Positions 15,421 through 28,999 of a stretch of 64,000 bases of DNA are shown piece after piece; positions within the stretch are counted from its first letter, which is position 1; every line of letters starts with the position of its first letter. This DNA is from the human T2T-CHM13v2.0 reference genome, Homo sapiens: assembly GCF_009914755.1 (NCBI RefSeq), contig NC_060926.1; one strand, written 5' to 3'. Under the pieces are notes generated by a model that saw only the letters and a list, made by a program, of their open reading frames with translations, was not told the DNA's origin and ran no database searches. Both the position numbers and the translations under genes were made by a program.

Positions 15421-15671
15421 AAGGCAGAAAGTAATGCTCTCATACAGAACTCAGAAATGCAGGAGGGAATGTAGAGCAATAGAAAAGATGAATAGGTGGG
15501 TAAATACAAATGAATATTGACTACATAAGAAAAAATAATGTCTTGTGGTTTTGAAATAGATATAGAATAAAATATAGGACAACAATAGGATATAGTGGTG
15601 AAAGTAGTAAATAAAGTTGGAGTATTCCATGGTTCTTACGTTGTTTCAGAAGTGTTAAAAATATTCATTTA

Positions 15672-15990
<319 letters not shown>

Positions 15991-16261
15991 TCATTTATAT
16001 TAGACACTAAAAAGTTAAGGATGTGTGTAGAAATCTCTAGGGTAACTTTGCAGTACAAGAGTGTATAAGTCACAAACCAATAGAGGAGAGAAAGAAAACT
16101 TTAAAAATACTTAAATAATCAAAAAAAGGAAAGAAAAAGGATCATGGAACATGTGGAACCAATAGAAATCCAATAGTAAGAGGTAGAGTTAAAATAAAAT
16201 ATATTAGTAATTTACTGCCTGTAGTCAAACTAAAAACTATAATTAAAAAATTAAATAGTGC

Positions 16262-16605
16262 AAAGATGTTGAAGAGAAAGGGGGGGATGAATAGGCAGAG
16301 CATGCAGGATTTTTAAGGCAGTGAAACTATTCTGTGTGATACTGTAATAGGAGATGCATGTCATTATGCGTTTGTCAAAACCCATGGAATTTACCACACA
16401 AAGAGTGAGCTCTATTGTAGCCTGTAGACGTTAGTTAATAATAATGTATTTATATTAGCTCATTGATTATAACAAATATAGTACACTAATGCAAGATGTT
16501 AATGAGAGAGGATGGGGGCACTGAGGGGGTACAGAAGAACTCTATGTATTTCCCACTCAATTCTTCCGTAAACCTAAAACTTCCCCAAAGAATAAAATCT
16601 ACTAA
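16262..16605 (+). mobile_element. L1MC-type 3' end
   Basis: GGCAGTGAAACTATTCTGTGTGATACTG...TTTGTCAAAACCCAT...ACACTAATGCAAGATGTTAAT...GTAAACCTAAAACT. Confidence 0.8.
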
Positions 16606-16762
16606 TTTTTTTTTAAAGACAGTATTGTCAAATGGGATAAAATAGCAAATCCCAACTATATGTTTCTTACAGGAAACACATTTAATTTAAAAAAAGAGAA
16701 ATATTTAAATTAAAAGGATGGGGAAAGATATACCATCCAAGCACCAATCAAAAGTAAGCTGG

Positions 16763-17020
16763 GGCCAAGTGCAATGGCTCATGCCTATAACCCCAATACT
16801 TTGGGAGGCTAAAGCAGGAGGATCACTTGAGGCCAGGAGTTTGAGATCAGCCTGGGCAACATAGCAAGACTCTATCTCTGCAAAAAATATTTCAAAACAT
16901 TAGCTGGGTGTGGTGGCACACACCTGTAATCCCAGCCACTTAGGAGGCTGAGGTGCCACTGCATTCTAGCCTTGGCCACAGAGTGAGACTCTGTCTCTCA
17001 AAATAAATAAATAAATAAAT
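16763..17020 (+). mobile_element. Alu (AluJ-type) with right-arm deletion and (TAAA)n tail
   Basis: Alu left arm, truncated right arm; TSD TAAGCTGG. Confidence 0.92.
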
Positions 17021-17712
17021 AAGCTGGCATAGTTACCCTAATGTCAGACAAAATAAACCATAATACAAGAAGCATTACTTGAGAAATGTGGGGATATTTC
17101 ATAATGAGGAAAGTGTAGTCCACTAGGAAGATGTAAGAATTCTAAATTTGCATTACTAAATAGCATAGATTCCAAATATTAAAAGAAAAAATTGTCAGAC
17201 TAAAAGGAGATGTACACAATCAGATTGGAACACTAAAACACCTTGCTTGGTACCTAATAGAACAATCAGACACATCCCTCCTTAATCTATAGATATTGAT
17301 TTGAACAGTAATCATAACAAACTGTATCTAATTCCTCCCAGCAACTATAGAATATATATTCTTTTTGAGTTCATGTAGAACATTTTCCAAAATTGACAAT
17401 TAGCTGGTCCATAAAGTTCAAATTTTTAAATGAATTAACTCATATAGTACATGAGCTAATGAGTTTTCTGTCCACAGTGAATTTAGTCTAGAAAACAGTT
17501 ATAAAAATAAAACTAAGCTCTTCTAATTTTGTAAAATAAGCAATAAAATTCTAAATAACCCACCAGTTAAAAAAAAACTAAAATTGAAATCAGAAAATAT
17601 TTTAAATTGAATGGTGATGAAAACACTATAGATGAAATTTATGGGATACAACTCAAGATGTGCTTAGCAGGAAATTAGCAGCCTTAATTGCATGTATTGG
17701 AAAATAAGGTTT

Positions 17713-17945
17713 CATATGAGGACATAAAGGCACAAGAATTATACAACGGACTTTAGGGACTCAAGGGAAAGGGACAGGAGAAGGGTGAGAGATAAAAGAC
17801 TACACACTGGGTACAGTATGCACTGCTTGGGTGATGGGTGCACCAAAATCTCAGAAATCAGCACTAAAGAACTGATCCATGTAACCAAAAACCACTTGTA
17901 CCCTCAAAACTATTGAAATTTAAAAAAAACTTTAAAAACAAAAGT
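17713..17945 (+). mobile_element. L1PB 3' end (5'-truncated insertion)
   Basis: GGGTGATGGGTGCACCAAAATCTCAGAAATCAGCACTAAAGAACT; TSD AAAATAAGGTTT/AAAGTAAGGTTT. Confidence 0.85.
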
Positions 17946-18774
17946 AAGGTTTAAAATCAGTGCTGTCAACTCATCTAGGAAAGTTTTAAGAAGAACAAAC
18001 TAAGCCCCAAGAAAGCAGAAAGGGAAGTAATTTTAAAAAGTGTAAACAGTCAAATAGAAAATTAAACGGGCAATAGAGAATTGATAAAGCCAAAGTTAGT
18101 TTACTGATAAAATTGATAAACCTTGACCAATGCTGTTTCAGAAAGGAGAGAGAAAAGGGAGAGAGGAAGGGAGAAAGGTCACAAACACACATGAACACAC
18201 ACACACACACGTGCACACACGCACATGTCATAAAGTGGAGGACATCACTATAGGTTCTTCAGATGTTAAAAATATCTTTAAAGAATATTGTAAAATAACT
18301 TTATGCCAATACATTTAAAAATTTAGAAAAAGAATGAAAAACTTCCAGGGGAAAAAAACTTAAAACCACCCAAATCCATAAAAGGTAGAAAAATATAAAC
18401 TTTCTATTTACCTAAAAAATTTAATCCATAATTTTAAAATTATCTACAAAGAAAACTGTATTCCCACATGGGTTCACCAGTGAATTCTTCCAAATTATTT
18501 AAGGAAGAAATAGTACTGTTCGTCTACAAATTATTCCAGAAAACAGAAAAAGGGAAACATTTTTTAATTCATAGACAAATCCAGTGTAACTTTGATACCA
18601 AAATCTGACAAGGGCATGACAAAGAAGGAATATTACAGATCAATCTCACTCAAGTATATAGATGTACAAGTGCTTTAAAAAATGTTTTCAGATCAAATCT
18701 AGTAGTTTTCAGAAGGATAACATATCATGGCCCAGTCGTGTTTATTCCAGGAATGTATTTAAAAATCTAGCACA

Positions 18775-18815
18775 GGCCAGGCACGGTGGCTCACGCCTGT
18801 AATCCCAGCACTTTG
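18775..18815 (+). mobile_element. Alu 5' fragment (41 bp)
   Basis: GGCCAGGCACGGTGGCTCACGCCTGTAATCCCAGCACTTTG then an abrupt break. Confidence 0.9.
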
Positions 18816-18818
18816 AAA

Positions 18819-19478
18819 TGCCTCACTGTTCAGCTCCCATTTATAAGTGAGAACATGCAGTGTTTGGTTTTCTGTTCCTGTGTTAGTTGCTGAGGATAAT
18901 GGCTTCCAGTTCCATCCATGTCTCTGCCAAGGACATGATCTTGTTCCTTTCTATGGCTGCATAGTACTCCATGGTGTATATGTACCACATTTCTTTATCC
19001 AGTCTATCATTGATAGTCATTTGGATTGATTCCATGTCTTTGCTATTGTGAATAGTGCTGCAGTGAACATATGGAAGCATGTATCTTTGTAATAGAATTA
19101 TTTATATTCCTTTGGATATATACCCAGTAATGGGATTGCTGGGTCAAATGGTATTTCTGGTTCTAGGTCTTTGAGGAATCGCCACACTGTCTTCCACGAT
19201 GGTTGAAGTAATTTACTAATTTACATTCCCACCAACTGTGTAAAAGCGTTCCTATTTCTCCACAGCCTCACCAGCATCTGTTGTTTCTTGACTTTTTAGT
19301 AATTGCCATTCTGACTGGCATGAGATGGTATCTTATTGTGGTTTTGATTTGCATTTCTCTAATGATCAGTGATGTTGAGCTTTTTTCATATGTTTGTGGG
19401 TCACATAAATGTCTTCTTTTGAGAAGTGTCCGGTCATGTCCTTTGCCCACTTTTTAAAGGGGTTGTTTTCTGTTTGTA
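18819..19478 (-). mobile_element. L1PA ORF2 C-terminus/3' UTR fragment, antisense
   Basis: Minus-strand translations [26 protein letters not shown] and KEMWYIYTMEYYAAI...WMELEAIILS match L1 ORF2p C-terminus. Confidence 0.93.
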
Positions 19479-19479
19479 T

Positions 19480-20100
19480 ACAACAATGAAAACTAACCTA
19501 CGTGCATCAAGATGAATGGCTCTCAGAAATATATTGTTGACCAAAAGAAGCCAGACACAAAATAATGCGTATTGTATTATTTCAGTTATATGAAATGTCA
19601 AAACAGGCAAATTGATCTTTTGATTTTGGAGATCAGGATTGCAGTTACATTTGGGAACAAAGCAGGACAGAGCAATTGGGGGGATCCACGAGGGAGCTGC
19701 TGGGGTGGGTGATGTTCTACTTCTCAACCTGGGGCTTAACACTCCATAAAAATTTATTAAACTACACTTAAGATTTTTATAACAGCAGCCTGGAGGAAGA
19801 TACTTGCATTCCACATGTAGGTGATGGAGTAGTATCTAGAATATACATTTAAAATAACTCCAACAAATCAATGTGAAAAAATATCAACAACTAAAGTGCA
19901 AAAAGAAAAAAGAAACAGATGTTTCACAGGAGAGAAAATGCAATAAAAGAATATAAAAAATGTGAAGAGATGTCCAACTTTAAAAATGCACTCAAAACAA
20001 AAATGGACATTTTTTTCAGAAATGCATATGAACAAGAAAATAAATGTGAAATTCATTTAAATCATTACCTATAAAAGGAGAGGAATGGGGAATTTGAAAT
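19480..20100 (+). mobile_element. Old L1ME 3' fragments
   Basis: AAAAGAAGCCAGACACAAAA...TATATGAAATGTCAAAACAGGCAAA. Confidence 0.65.
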
Positions 20101-20639
20101 GGGGATAAAAGTATAGTAAAAGAGGCAATTTTCTTGAATCAGTAACAAAAATGGGTCATGACCAGAGAAGTGTTATTAACTCAGTGCTCCTTCCCTGAAG
20201 TTAAAAAGAAATGAAATGATAAACCAAAGACCCACCTTATCTGCACAATCTGAGCATCTAGCTGTAACAGATTCTTCAAACGTCAATAACTCAGTTTTTC
20301 CATCTAGCATGTCTCATGGTCATGAACTTTTGTTCTACCATCTCAATTCCCAAAAAGTTACATCTTACTTTCGTGAGTGCAATTCTTCATTTATTTCCAA
20401 TTCTCCTCCTCTTAAAAATGACATGAGGTGATTTACAAACTACTCATGATACAAAAGATAAGAAAAAGTATTTGAGGAAGTTAGAGTGATTGTAAAATAT
20501 GTACAGGAAGGGAATACAGAATATTGCCCCAAAATACCACATAGTGAGTTGATGAAGTTGGTCACTAATTTGACTGAGGTTTGGGCAAAGAAAAGAGGAA
20601 AAGCTGTCACTTCACCTACAATAAAAATCTAACAATTGT

Positions 20640-20984
<345 letters not shown>

Positions 20985-21339
20985 TTAAAAATCACGACTT
21001 AGAACTATATATTGTTGAACCTTCCTTTTCATTCCTTGATGATATCTTGAACAGAATCCAAAACTTTCCAGTTTCTTTGAGTATAAAAACTCAATCCAGT
21101 TTAAAGCCTCGTTTTCAGCATGATTTACATCCCCTCTTCTTCCTGGACTTCTCCCTGGAGCAAATGTTTGAGCTCAGGCTCTGTTTGGATTGGAGGAGAG
21201 GATGACAGGCCTCCTCTCCTTTCTCGGAAGTGCTGCTGTGGGGAGGAGGAAGAGGCACTCTCCACCCAGCTGCTGGGCTGGCGTCCCGTGAATGACTGTC
21301 TCTGCAGCTCTGCCTGTCGCCATAACTGTCAGTACCTTC

Positions 21340-22235
21340 CATAAACCAAAAAGTATCTGAGACAGGTCTCAATCAATTTAGAAAGTTTATTTTGCCAAGG
21401 TTAAGGATGTGCCCATGGCATAGCCTCAGGAGGTCCTGATGACATGTGCCCAAGGCGGTCAGGGCACAGCTTGATTTTATACATTTTAGGGAGAAATGAG
21501 ACATCAATCAATATATGTAAGATGTACATTGGTTTGGTCTGGAAAGGCAGGACTACTCAAAGCGGGGAATGGGCTTCCAGGTCACAGGTAGATAAGAGAC
21601 AAATGGGACAAATGGTTGCATTCTTTTGAGGTTCTGATTAGCCTCTCATTGAATATCCAATTTTTTTCTTTTTTTTTTTTTTGAGATGGAGAGTTGCTCT
21701 GTCACCAGGCTGGAGTGAAGTGGTGTGATCTTGGCTCACTGCAACCTCCGCCTCCTGGGTTCAAGTGATTCTCCTCCCTCAGCCTCCCAAAGTAGCTGGG
21801 ACTATAGGTGCGCACCATCATGCCCGGCTAATTTTTTGTATTTTAGTAGAGACGAGGTTTCACCGTGTTGGCCATGCTGGTCTCAATCTCCTGACATCGT
21901 GATTCACCTGCCTCAGCCTCCCAAGGTGAATACCCAATTTACAGGAATAGTCACTTATGCTCTAGTCTGGCTTAGTCAAAAAACAGGGCCGAGGAAGCAA
22001 TCTAGATATGCCTTTGTCTCCCATGAGCAGAGGGATGACTTTGAGTTCCATCAGTCCTTTCTCCACAAGGAATTTCCTTGTGGGCAAATTGTGAGGGAGG
22101 TTGTAGCTTCTTGATCTTTGTAGCTACCTTCTTTAGAAACAGAATGGGAGACAGGTTTGCCTGATGCAGTTCCCAGCTTGACTTTTCCCTTTGGCTTAGT
22201 GATTTGGGGATCCAGGCATTTATTTTTCTTTTACA
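21340..22235 (-). mobile_element. Solo LTR, MER4A-like (ERV1), containing an Alu
   Basis: TCTGAGACAGGTCTCAATCAATTTAGAAAGTTTATTTTGCCAAGGTT...GCAGTTCCCAGCTTGACTTTTCCCTTTGGCTTAGTGATTT; 4-bp TSD CTTC on both sides. Confidence 0.9.
21661..21926 (-). mobile_element. Alu (AluS-type), 5'-truncated, inside MER4 LTR
   Basis: TSD TGAATATCCAATTT/TGAATACCCAATTT. Confidence 0.95.
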
Positions 22236-22614
22236 CTTCCTAGGGGTGGGAACATGAGTCCCACTCTCTTGGGGTTCCAAGGCTTCCCTGCACATCAACC
22301 CCCCATGCAGGAGAGCTGGCCCCACTCAGCACCTTCCACACTCCCTGCTACCTCCCCACAGCCCCTGCTGGGCTCTCCTCAGTCCATGGGCTGTCCCATG
22401 GGTGGGCAAGAGCACCGAGGTGCTGGTAAACATTTAACAATCAGTGTCCCAAAAACAGTATGCATATATACACACTGCATATGGTTATTATAAACTTTAC
22501 TAATACAAGAAATGCGTAACACAGTTTACAAATCATCAAATATATGATACTCTTTATTATAAGTTCTATAAAAAAAGAGTATTAAATAAAAGTCAATTGA
22601 CTGACAAGATGCTA

Positions 22615-23006
<392 letters not shown>

Positions 23007-23254
23007 AATGTTGGTTGATATTTTCCCTCATGTTAAAGCATCAGACAAAAAGAAAGCAATGAAGCTGTGTTTTGAAACCTAACTTGTTTGTCAGTAGCCT
23101 GAGCACCCTTTCTGCTGAGTCAGATAATACTTTTAAACACTGCAAAAATATTTCCTCAATTGTTTGTGCTACTTATAATGACTATGGGCATGCCACATTT
23201 TCTAATTTAATCTTCACTATTAACATTAACTCCTTTAATTTATTAAGTCTAGAC

Positions 23255-23598
23255 CAGCAGTCCCCAACCTTTTTGCCGCCAGGGACCAGTTTTATGGAAG
23301 ACAATTTTTCCACAGCCCGGCAGCTGGGGGAATGGTTTCAGGATGAAACTGTTCCACCTCAGATCATCAGGCATTAGATTCTCATGAGGAGCACACAACC
23401 TAGATCCTTCGAATATGCAGTTCACAATAGGGTTCCCGCCCCTATGAGAATCTAATGCTGCTGCTGATCTGACAGAAGGCAGAGCTCAGACAATAATGAG
23501 AGAAATGGGGAGCAGCTGTAAATACAGATGAAGCTTCGCTCACTCTCCCACCCACAAAGACGGGTACTGGTCTGTGGCCCAGGTATTGGGGACCCCTG
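23255..23598. mobile_element. MER1B hAT-Charlie element
   Basis: TIRs CAGCAGTCCCCAA / TTGGGGACCCCTG; 8-bp TSD GTCTAGAC/GTCTAGAT. Confidence 0.92.
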
Positions 23599-24406
23599 GT
23601 CTAGATAATCAACAAAACAGTAAATTAAGCTCTGGTTTGTAGCATTTGACAATTGCCATGATGTAAATGCTCCCACATGACTGGTATCAGGGTTGCAACC
23701 TGACAGCAGTAAACGTGCAGCTGAGAAGAGAAGCATGGTCACACACCATTACGTAGCATTGCTACCGTGGGGCTAGGTAATATCCATCATTAGGCATCAA
23801 TAATAATAAAATGTGGTGAGATAATTAGAAAATGAGTTTTGTGCATTTATCATCTTTCCTTTGAATATGATTCGTTTTATTGTAAATTTACATAATTTAA
23901 TTGTTAATCCTGGCTATACTTAACAACTGGCTCACAATATTCCTGAAATTTTCACAGTTGGCTCTCATGAGCCCATGCAAACCAGATCCAGCACCACTGG
24001 ATGAAGGGCCTGAATGAGACGCATGCTGGTATGCAGCCCTGCCCACGCCCCTTCTCCAGGCACTGGTCCTGTCCACAGCCCTGCTACCAACAGGGCCTGA
24101 GGGCATACTGGGGCCTTGCGATGCCCCATCCAGAGCTGATTGGATCAGGTAGAACACACATGATCTAAGAGGACCCGTCCATGGACAGACTGAATCAGAG
24201 TCTCTGTTCCTCTGGATTAGAACAAAGATGCAGAGAAAGTGGCCAGCAGGTAGCAGAATAGCAAAGACACCTGGAATGAAACTGAGTTTGTTGATGATAA
24301 ATGCCAGCCCTGGAAGGAAGTGTCACAGATGATCTTTGCTGAAGTCTAAAACAGCAAAGATCACCACACCTTAGAGTAAATAGCCACCCCATTCATTTCG
24401 ACTAAC

Positions 24407-24533
24407 CTGATATTGCCTGTACACAATTGTAGACAAGAGCAAGATGCTTCCACCTTCCTTGAGGAACGCCCATGGCATGGTCCTGATGGAAACGATCGTC
24501 AGTTTGATTGACATGTGGGTCCTGTGTCTTATT
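24407..24533 (-). other. Candidate internal exon (127 nt), unknown transcript
   Basis: Minus strand: ...ctctttgtgtatgatccttag|AATAAG ... ATATCAG|gttagt; unique sequence; two frames open. Confidence 0.25.
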
Positions 24534-25808
24534 CTAAGGATCATACACAAAGAGTGATTGTACACACTTAGCAGTGACTGAAATAGATGCAACTCAAGGA
24601 TAGGGTCAGTGAGGAGTCAACGAGACCATGTCCCTACAGAAAGCCTTCAGCGAAACGCTAGTGAACTATCAGGAAAAGCAGGCCCACAAAGATTCATTCA
24701 ATTGCTGAAAATGTGAGCCAGGTTAATTTCAGGTTGCCCACATGTTTCTTTTGTTTGGTAGCAGAAAGTGTACAGCATGCCAATCCCAGCCCTGATGGAG
24801 AGAGGACATTTGGCCTTGGTGTCGTTTGATCGAATGAATAAATCTAGAGCCAGTTTTGTGCAAATCAAAAAGAGGTGAATGTTTTTATGTATTTGCTTCC
24901 TGAAACTGCTTTCTTTGTACTAATTTAACTGAAGGGAACTATACCATCCCAGGTCAGAGAAATTATCTGAATAGAAAGAAAATATAGGTCTGTGTTGACT
25001 TTCATAAGATACATATCTGTTTCCTTTTCTGTAAAATGAAGATACCTCCCAGGGATGTTGTCAGGCTCATATAAGATCCTGGGTCCATTCATTCATTCAG
25101 TCATTCACTCATTCAATATACTGATGTAGCAAAAAAGCCCTTTTAAGGTGCTGGGATCCTTTCAAGGGTATGAAAACATTCTGTAAACTACAAAGCATGA
25201 CGCCTATACAAGTCACTGTTCCTTCTCATTGTTTTACATGCAGGCAGTTTATAAAGAGCATGATTAGAGAATAAAAGACAGTTTAGAAGTTAATTGTACA
25301 ACATTGCATGAATCCATGACCCAGGATCTAAGGGAAAATATGCCTGGTTTGAAAGCAGCTCAGTCTGAGGCAGGGCCCTTCCTTGAGCCCCCACACTGAA
25401 GGTCTTGAGTCTTAAAACGTCAACATAAGCACTTTCCAAATGCTTGCCATCCTAAGGCTAATGTATGAGAAAAACCAAGATTTGCTTTGGAAAAAAAGGT
25501 TGATGAATTGAACGAGATGCTAATTCTAGATAAAACCTGCAGCTATCTTTAATGACGGCAGATGTGAAATCTCAGAGAATAAGCCCAACAAAAGCCAAAA
25601 TGAAGATCCTTTGACAGTCTGTGTATCTATGTAAGAAATTACAAATATATCTACTAAATTGCTAAATAAGGCTAAGGCTACACAGCACACTTTAAGATCC
25701 AAGCACGTATTTAATTTCAGATCCGTGAGTTTTCTATTCATCCATATTTTAATCTTTTAGAACTCCTGAGAAAACGAAGTAAACATGTTCTTTTAAAAAT
25801 AAATTCTG

Positions 25809-26188
<380 letters not shown>

Positions 26189-26764
26189 TCATAGTTTTAA
26201 AGAGCAGAGAATCAAACAAAATATGAGTGAAAGAAAAGTGCTTTGAAATGTAAATTATATTCCAATATTAATTTGCTAGTATCACTCACTTATTTACTTG
26301 TCAGAATAACTTTTCCAAGGAGGAGACTTTCATGTCGGATTGTGACTTACAACAATGTCCAGTTTGATGTATTGGTGGAATCAATATGACAGAATCAGCA
26401 AAGGTAAAGTCCATGATTTAATCATGCCACAGCTTGGTGAGTAAATTCACTCACCTGTGACATGCATAATTTACAACTGCAAGTTTAATAACTGTAGTTC
26501 TCCGCATCAAGCACTTTAACAACAATTTCTAACAGCAAGCAATTTCTATGATATTCCTACACAGCCTGGAGTTTACTAACCAGCTCTCCTTTGAAAATAA
26601 GTATTCATGCAAACACCAAAATCCTGCGGGAAATTTCCCCACCCCTTTTGTTAAACAGACTCAGAAACTTTGATGGCAACACAGAGAACACGTACATATT
26701 TAATTTAAATGTTATAGTTTATATTTATAAATATTCTCTCACCTCTCTTATTTTCCTAAACCAG

Positions 26765-26905
26765 GGGATGTTGTTAACCAAAGGCTTCACATTCTCGAAA
26801 GCATTTGTGAATGTCCTGAGGTGCTTCTCTTTGAGTTGTGTTGAAACTTACGGCCTAGGTTTATACAACTTCTAGACGAAGGCTCAATTACGATATTCGA
26901 GGCAG
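26765..26905 (+). other. Candidate internal exon (141 nt), non-coding or pseudogenised
   Basis: Long pyrimidine tract ending ...ttttcctaaaccag| and perfect CAG|gtaagt donor; stops in all three frames. Confidence 0.4.
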
Positions 26906-27207
26906 GTAAGTCTTATCCCCTATACAATCTTATGATGCTGGTGTCCAAGCCATTGGAATAGCTTGGTGTGATGAGCCTGACCTGCCTGAGAGCCATTGAA
27001 TCTACGACTGTGCCTCATAGACATTCACTTCCCTGGTTGCTCAACTGCTGTCTCCCCTTCCTTCCCCTCAATCTTCTCACATCTTGCTTTGTTTTGTCTT
27101 CCTTATCTCTACCCCACATTATATATGGCAGTATGCGAAAGCAGTGGACTCCAAACTCTCAGAGTCCTGGCTTAGTCAATGACTCTCTGGGTGGCCTCGA
27201 GGACCTT

Positions 27208-27847
27208 TTGTTTGGGTCTCATTATTTGCTGTAGCTCCGGTCTATAAAGTCACTGTGAACACTGAACTCGTGCATACTGAACCATTGCTCCTAAGGAAAA
27301 CACAAAGTTAGGTTCCTGTGAGCCTCTGGTTACAACACTTTCCTCAATACACAACCTTGTTTTGTGTGTGTTTCCGTGTAAAGACACCTCACTTAGTATA
27401 GATTATTGATTCATTAACGTTGAACTCACAGCCAGCAGAGTTACAATGAATGCCTGAGCAGGGTTTACCTAACACATGTGTTTTTTTCCCAAGACATGTA
27501 ACAGCCTTCTTGTGCTATGAATATGGAAAGTTCTTCAGCACTACCCTTGGGGGCCATTTTAAAGAGCAAAATCACCAACTAAAAGGACGAAAATGTTAAA
27601 AACAGGGCACTCGATAGACTGAAAAGGACACTTGTTTCCCGTAGGAGAGCTGAAACAAGAAGACAGTGTTGCCTTAGCTGACCTTAGTTGGAAAATGTGC
27701 ACGGGAAGATTCAAATTGATCACTGCCCTGTCCATGTCTACTGGTGATCACAAGAGTGCCGAGTGTTCACTTTAGGATCACACATAAATGTTAGCAAGTA
27801 AGGCCGACTCACAAATACAGAATTGGCAAATAATGAGGATCTACAGC
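27208..27847 (-). mobile_element. MER82 (TcMar-Tigger)
   Basis: GGACACTTGTTT...GAGAGCTGAAACAAGAAG; ends CAAATACAGAATTGGCAAATAATGAGGATC; inverted CTCATTATTTGC at the other end. Confidence 0.82.
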
Positions 27848-28411
27848 TATATTTTGTTTCTCCTCTTTGGCCTCAGCCTTCTTATTTGCAAAATATATTA
27901 GAAGAGGAGAGACCAGGGTCCCCTAAACCATGTTCCAGGGACCCTGGAGATGCGCTCCCAGGAGCTGGGACACCCACTCCTTCCTTTCTTCGCATGGCAG
28001 CCCCTCCTTCTGTTGCAGAGCTGCTTTCTCCCACTTGAGGTGTGTGTTGCTGCTGAACATGGATCTGCTGCACACGTCACCAGCCAGAGGTGGGCATTTG
28101 ATCAACTGGAGCCAATCTGTGAATCTTGTCTCCCTCTCCCACCTTGACACTAGCCCAAGGGGGCAGAAACGGCTGCAGAGGAGCCAAGAGGGACCCTGGG
28201 AAGGAAAGCCACTGTTGTTTTGTCTGGATGGTAGTGCAAGGACACTGTGAGCCTCGCACTGCTGTCTCCTGCCTGGGAATGACGCCATCATGGAGGAAAA
28301 CAGAGCCAAGACATGGGGTGAGGGAGGAGAAGAGAGGAAGCAATGCAGGTTCATAATAGGGTCAGTTAACTCTTCAGTCTACTCAATGAATACCTTTAAA
28401 AGAATATGCGG

Positions 28412-28713
28412 GGCTGGGTGCAGTGGCTCAAAGCTGTAATCCCAGCACTTTGGGAGGCCAAGGTGGGAAGATTGCTTGAGCCCGGGAGTTAGAGACCAGT
28501 TTGAACAACATGGTGAAACCCTGTCTCTACAAAAATTACAAAAATTAGCTGGGCATGTGTGCCTAGAGTCCTAGCTACTCGGGAGGCTGGGGTGGGAGGA
28601 TCCCCTGAGCCCGGGAGGTCAACGATACAGAGAGCTATGATTGCGCCACTGCACTCCAGCCCGGGCAACAGAACAAGACATTGTCTCAAAAAAAAAAAAA
28701 AAAAAAAAAAAAA
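28412..28713 (+). mobile_element. Alu (AluJ-type)
   Basis: Full Alu with A tail; TSD AAAAGAATAT. Confidence 0.95.
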
Positions 28714-28999
28714 GAATATTCCATTACTTTGAGATGGATTTCTACCACGTGGGGAAAGCAAAACACCCTATTTGCTCACAAAGGCTGGACAAGTTGGAAC
28801 CCATGTAGATGATCTTTATGATTTCTCTTTATATTTTTACATTTCGCCTTTTTTCTCCCCATAGTCCTCCTCTCCTTTACCCGCTAACATGGGATTGCAA
28901 TTGATTGTTCTTTACTTTTTAAACAGCCACACACAGCATCTATTTACCCAAGTGATTAAAAAAGAAAAACAATTCCATGGCTCTGCAGTGCAGTCAGGG

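Noticed and set aside
24346-24406. Possible minus-strand intron joining the 24407 exon candidate to an acceptor at ~24346
   Set aside because: Only ~61 nt, below the usual human intron minimum; in the GRWKHLALVY frame the join meets a stop within a few codons.
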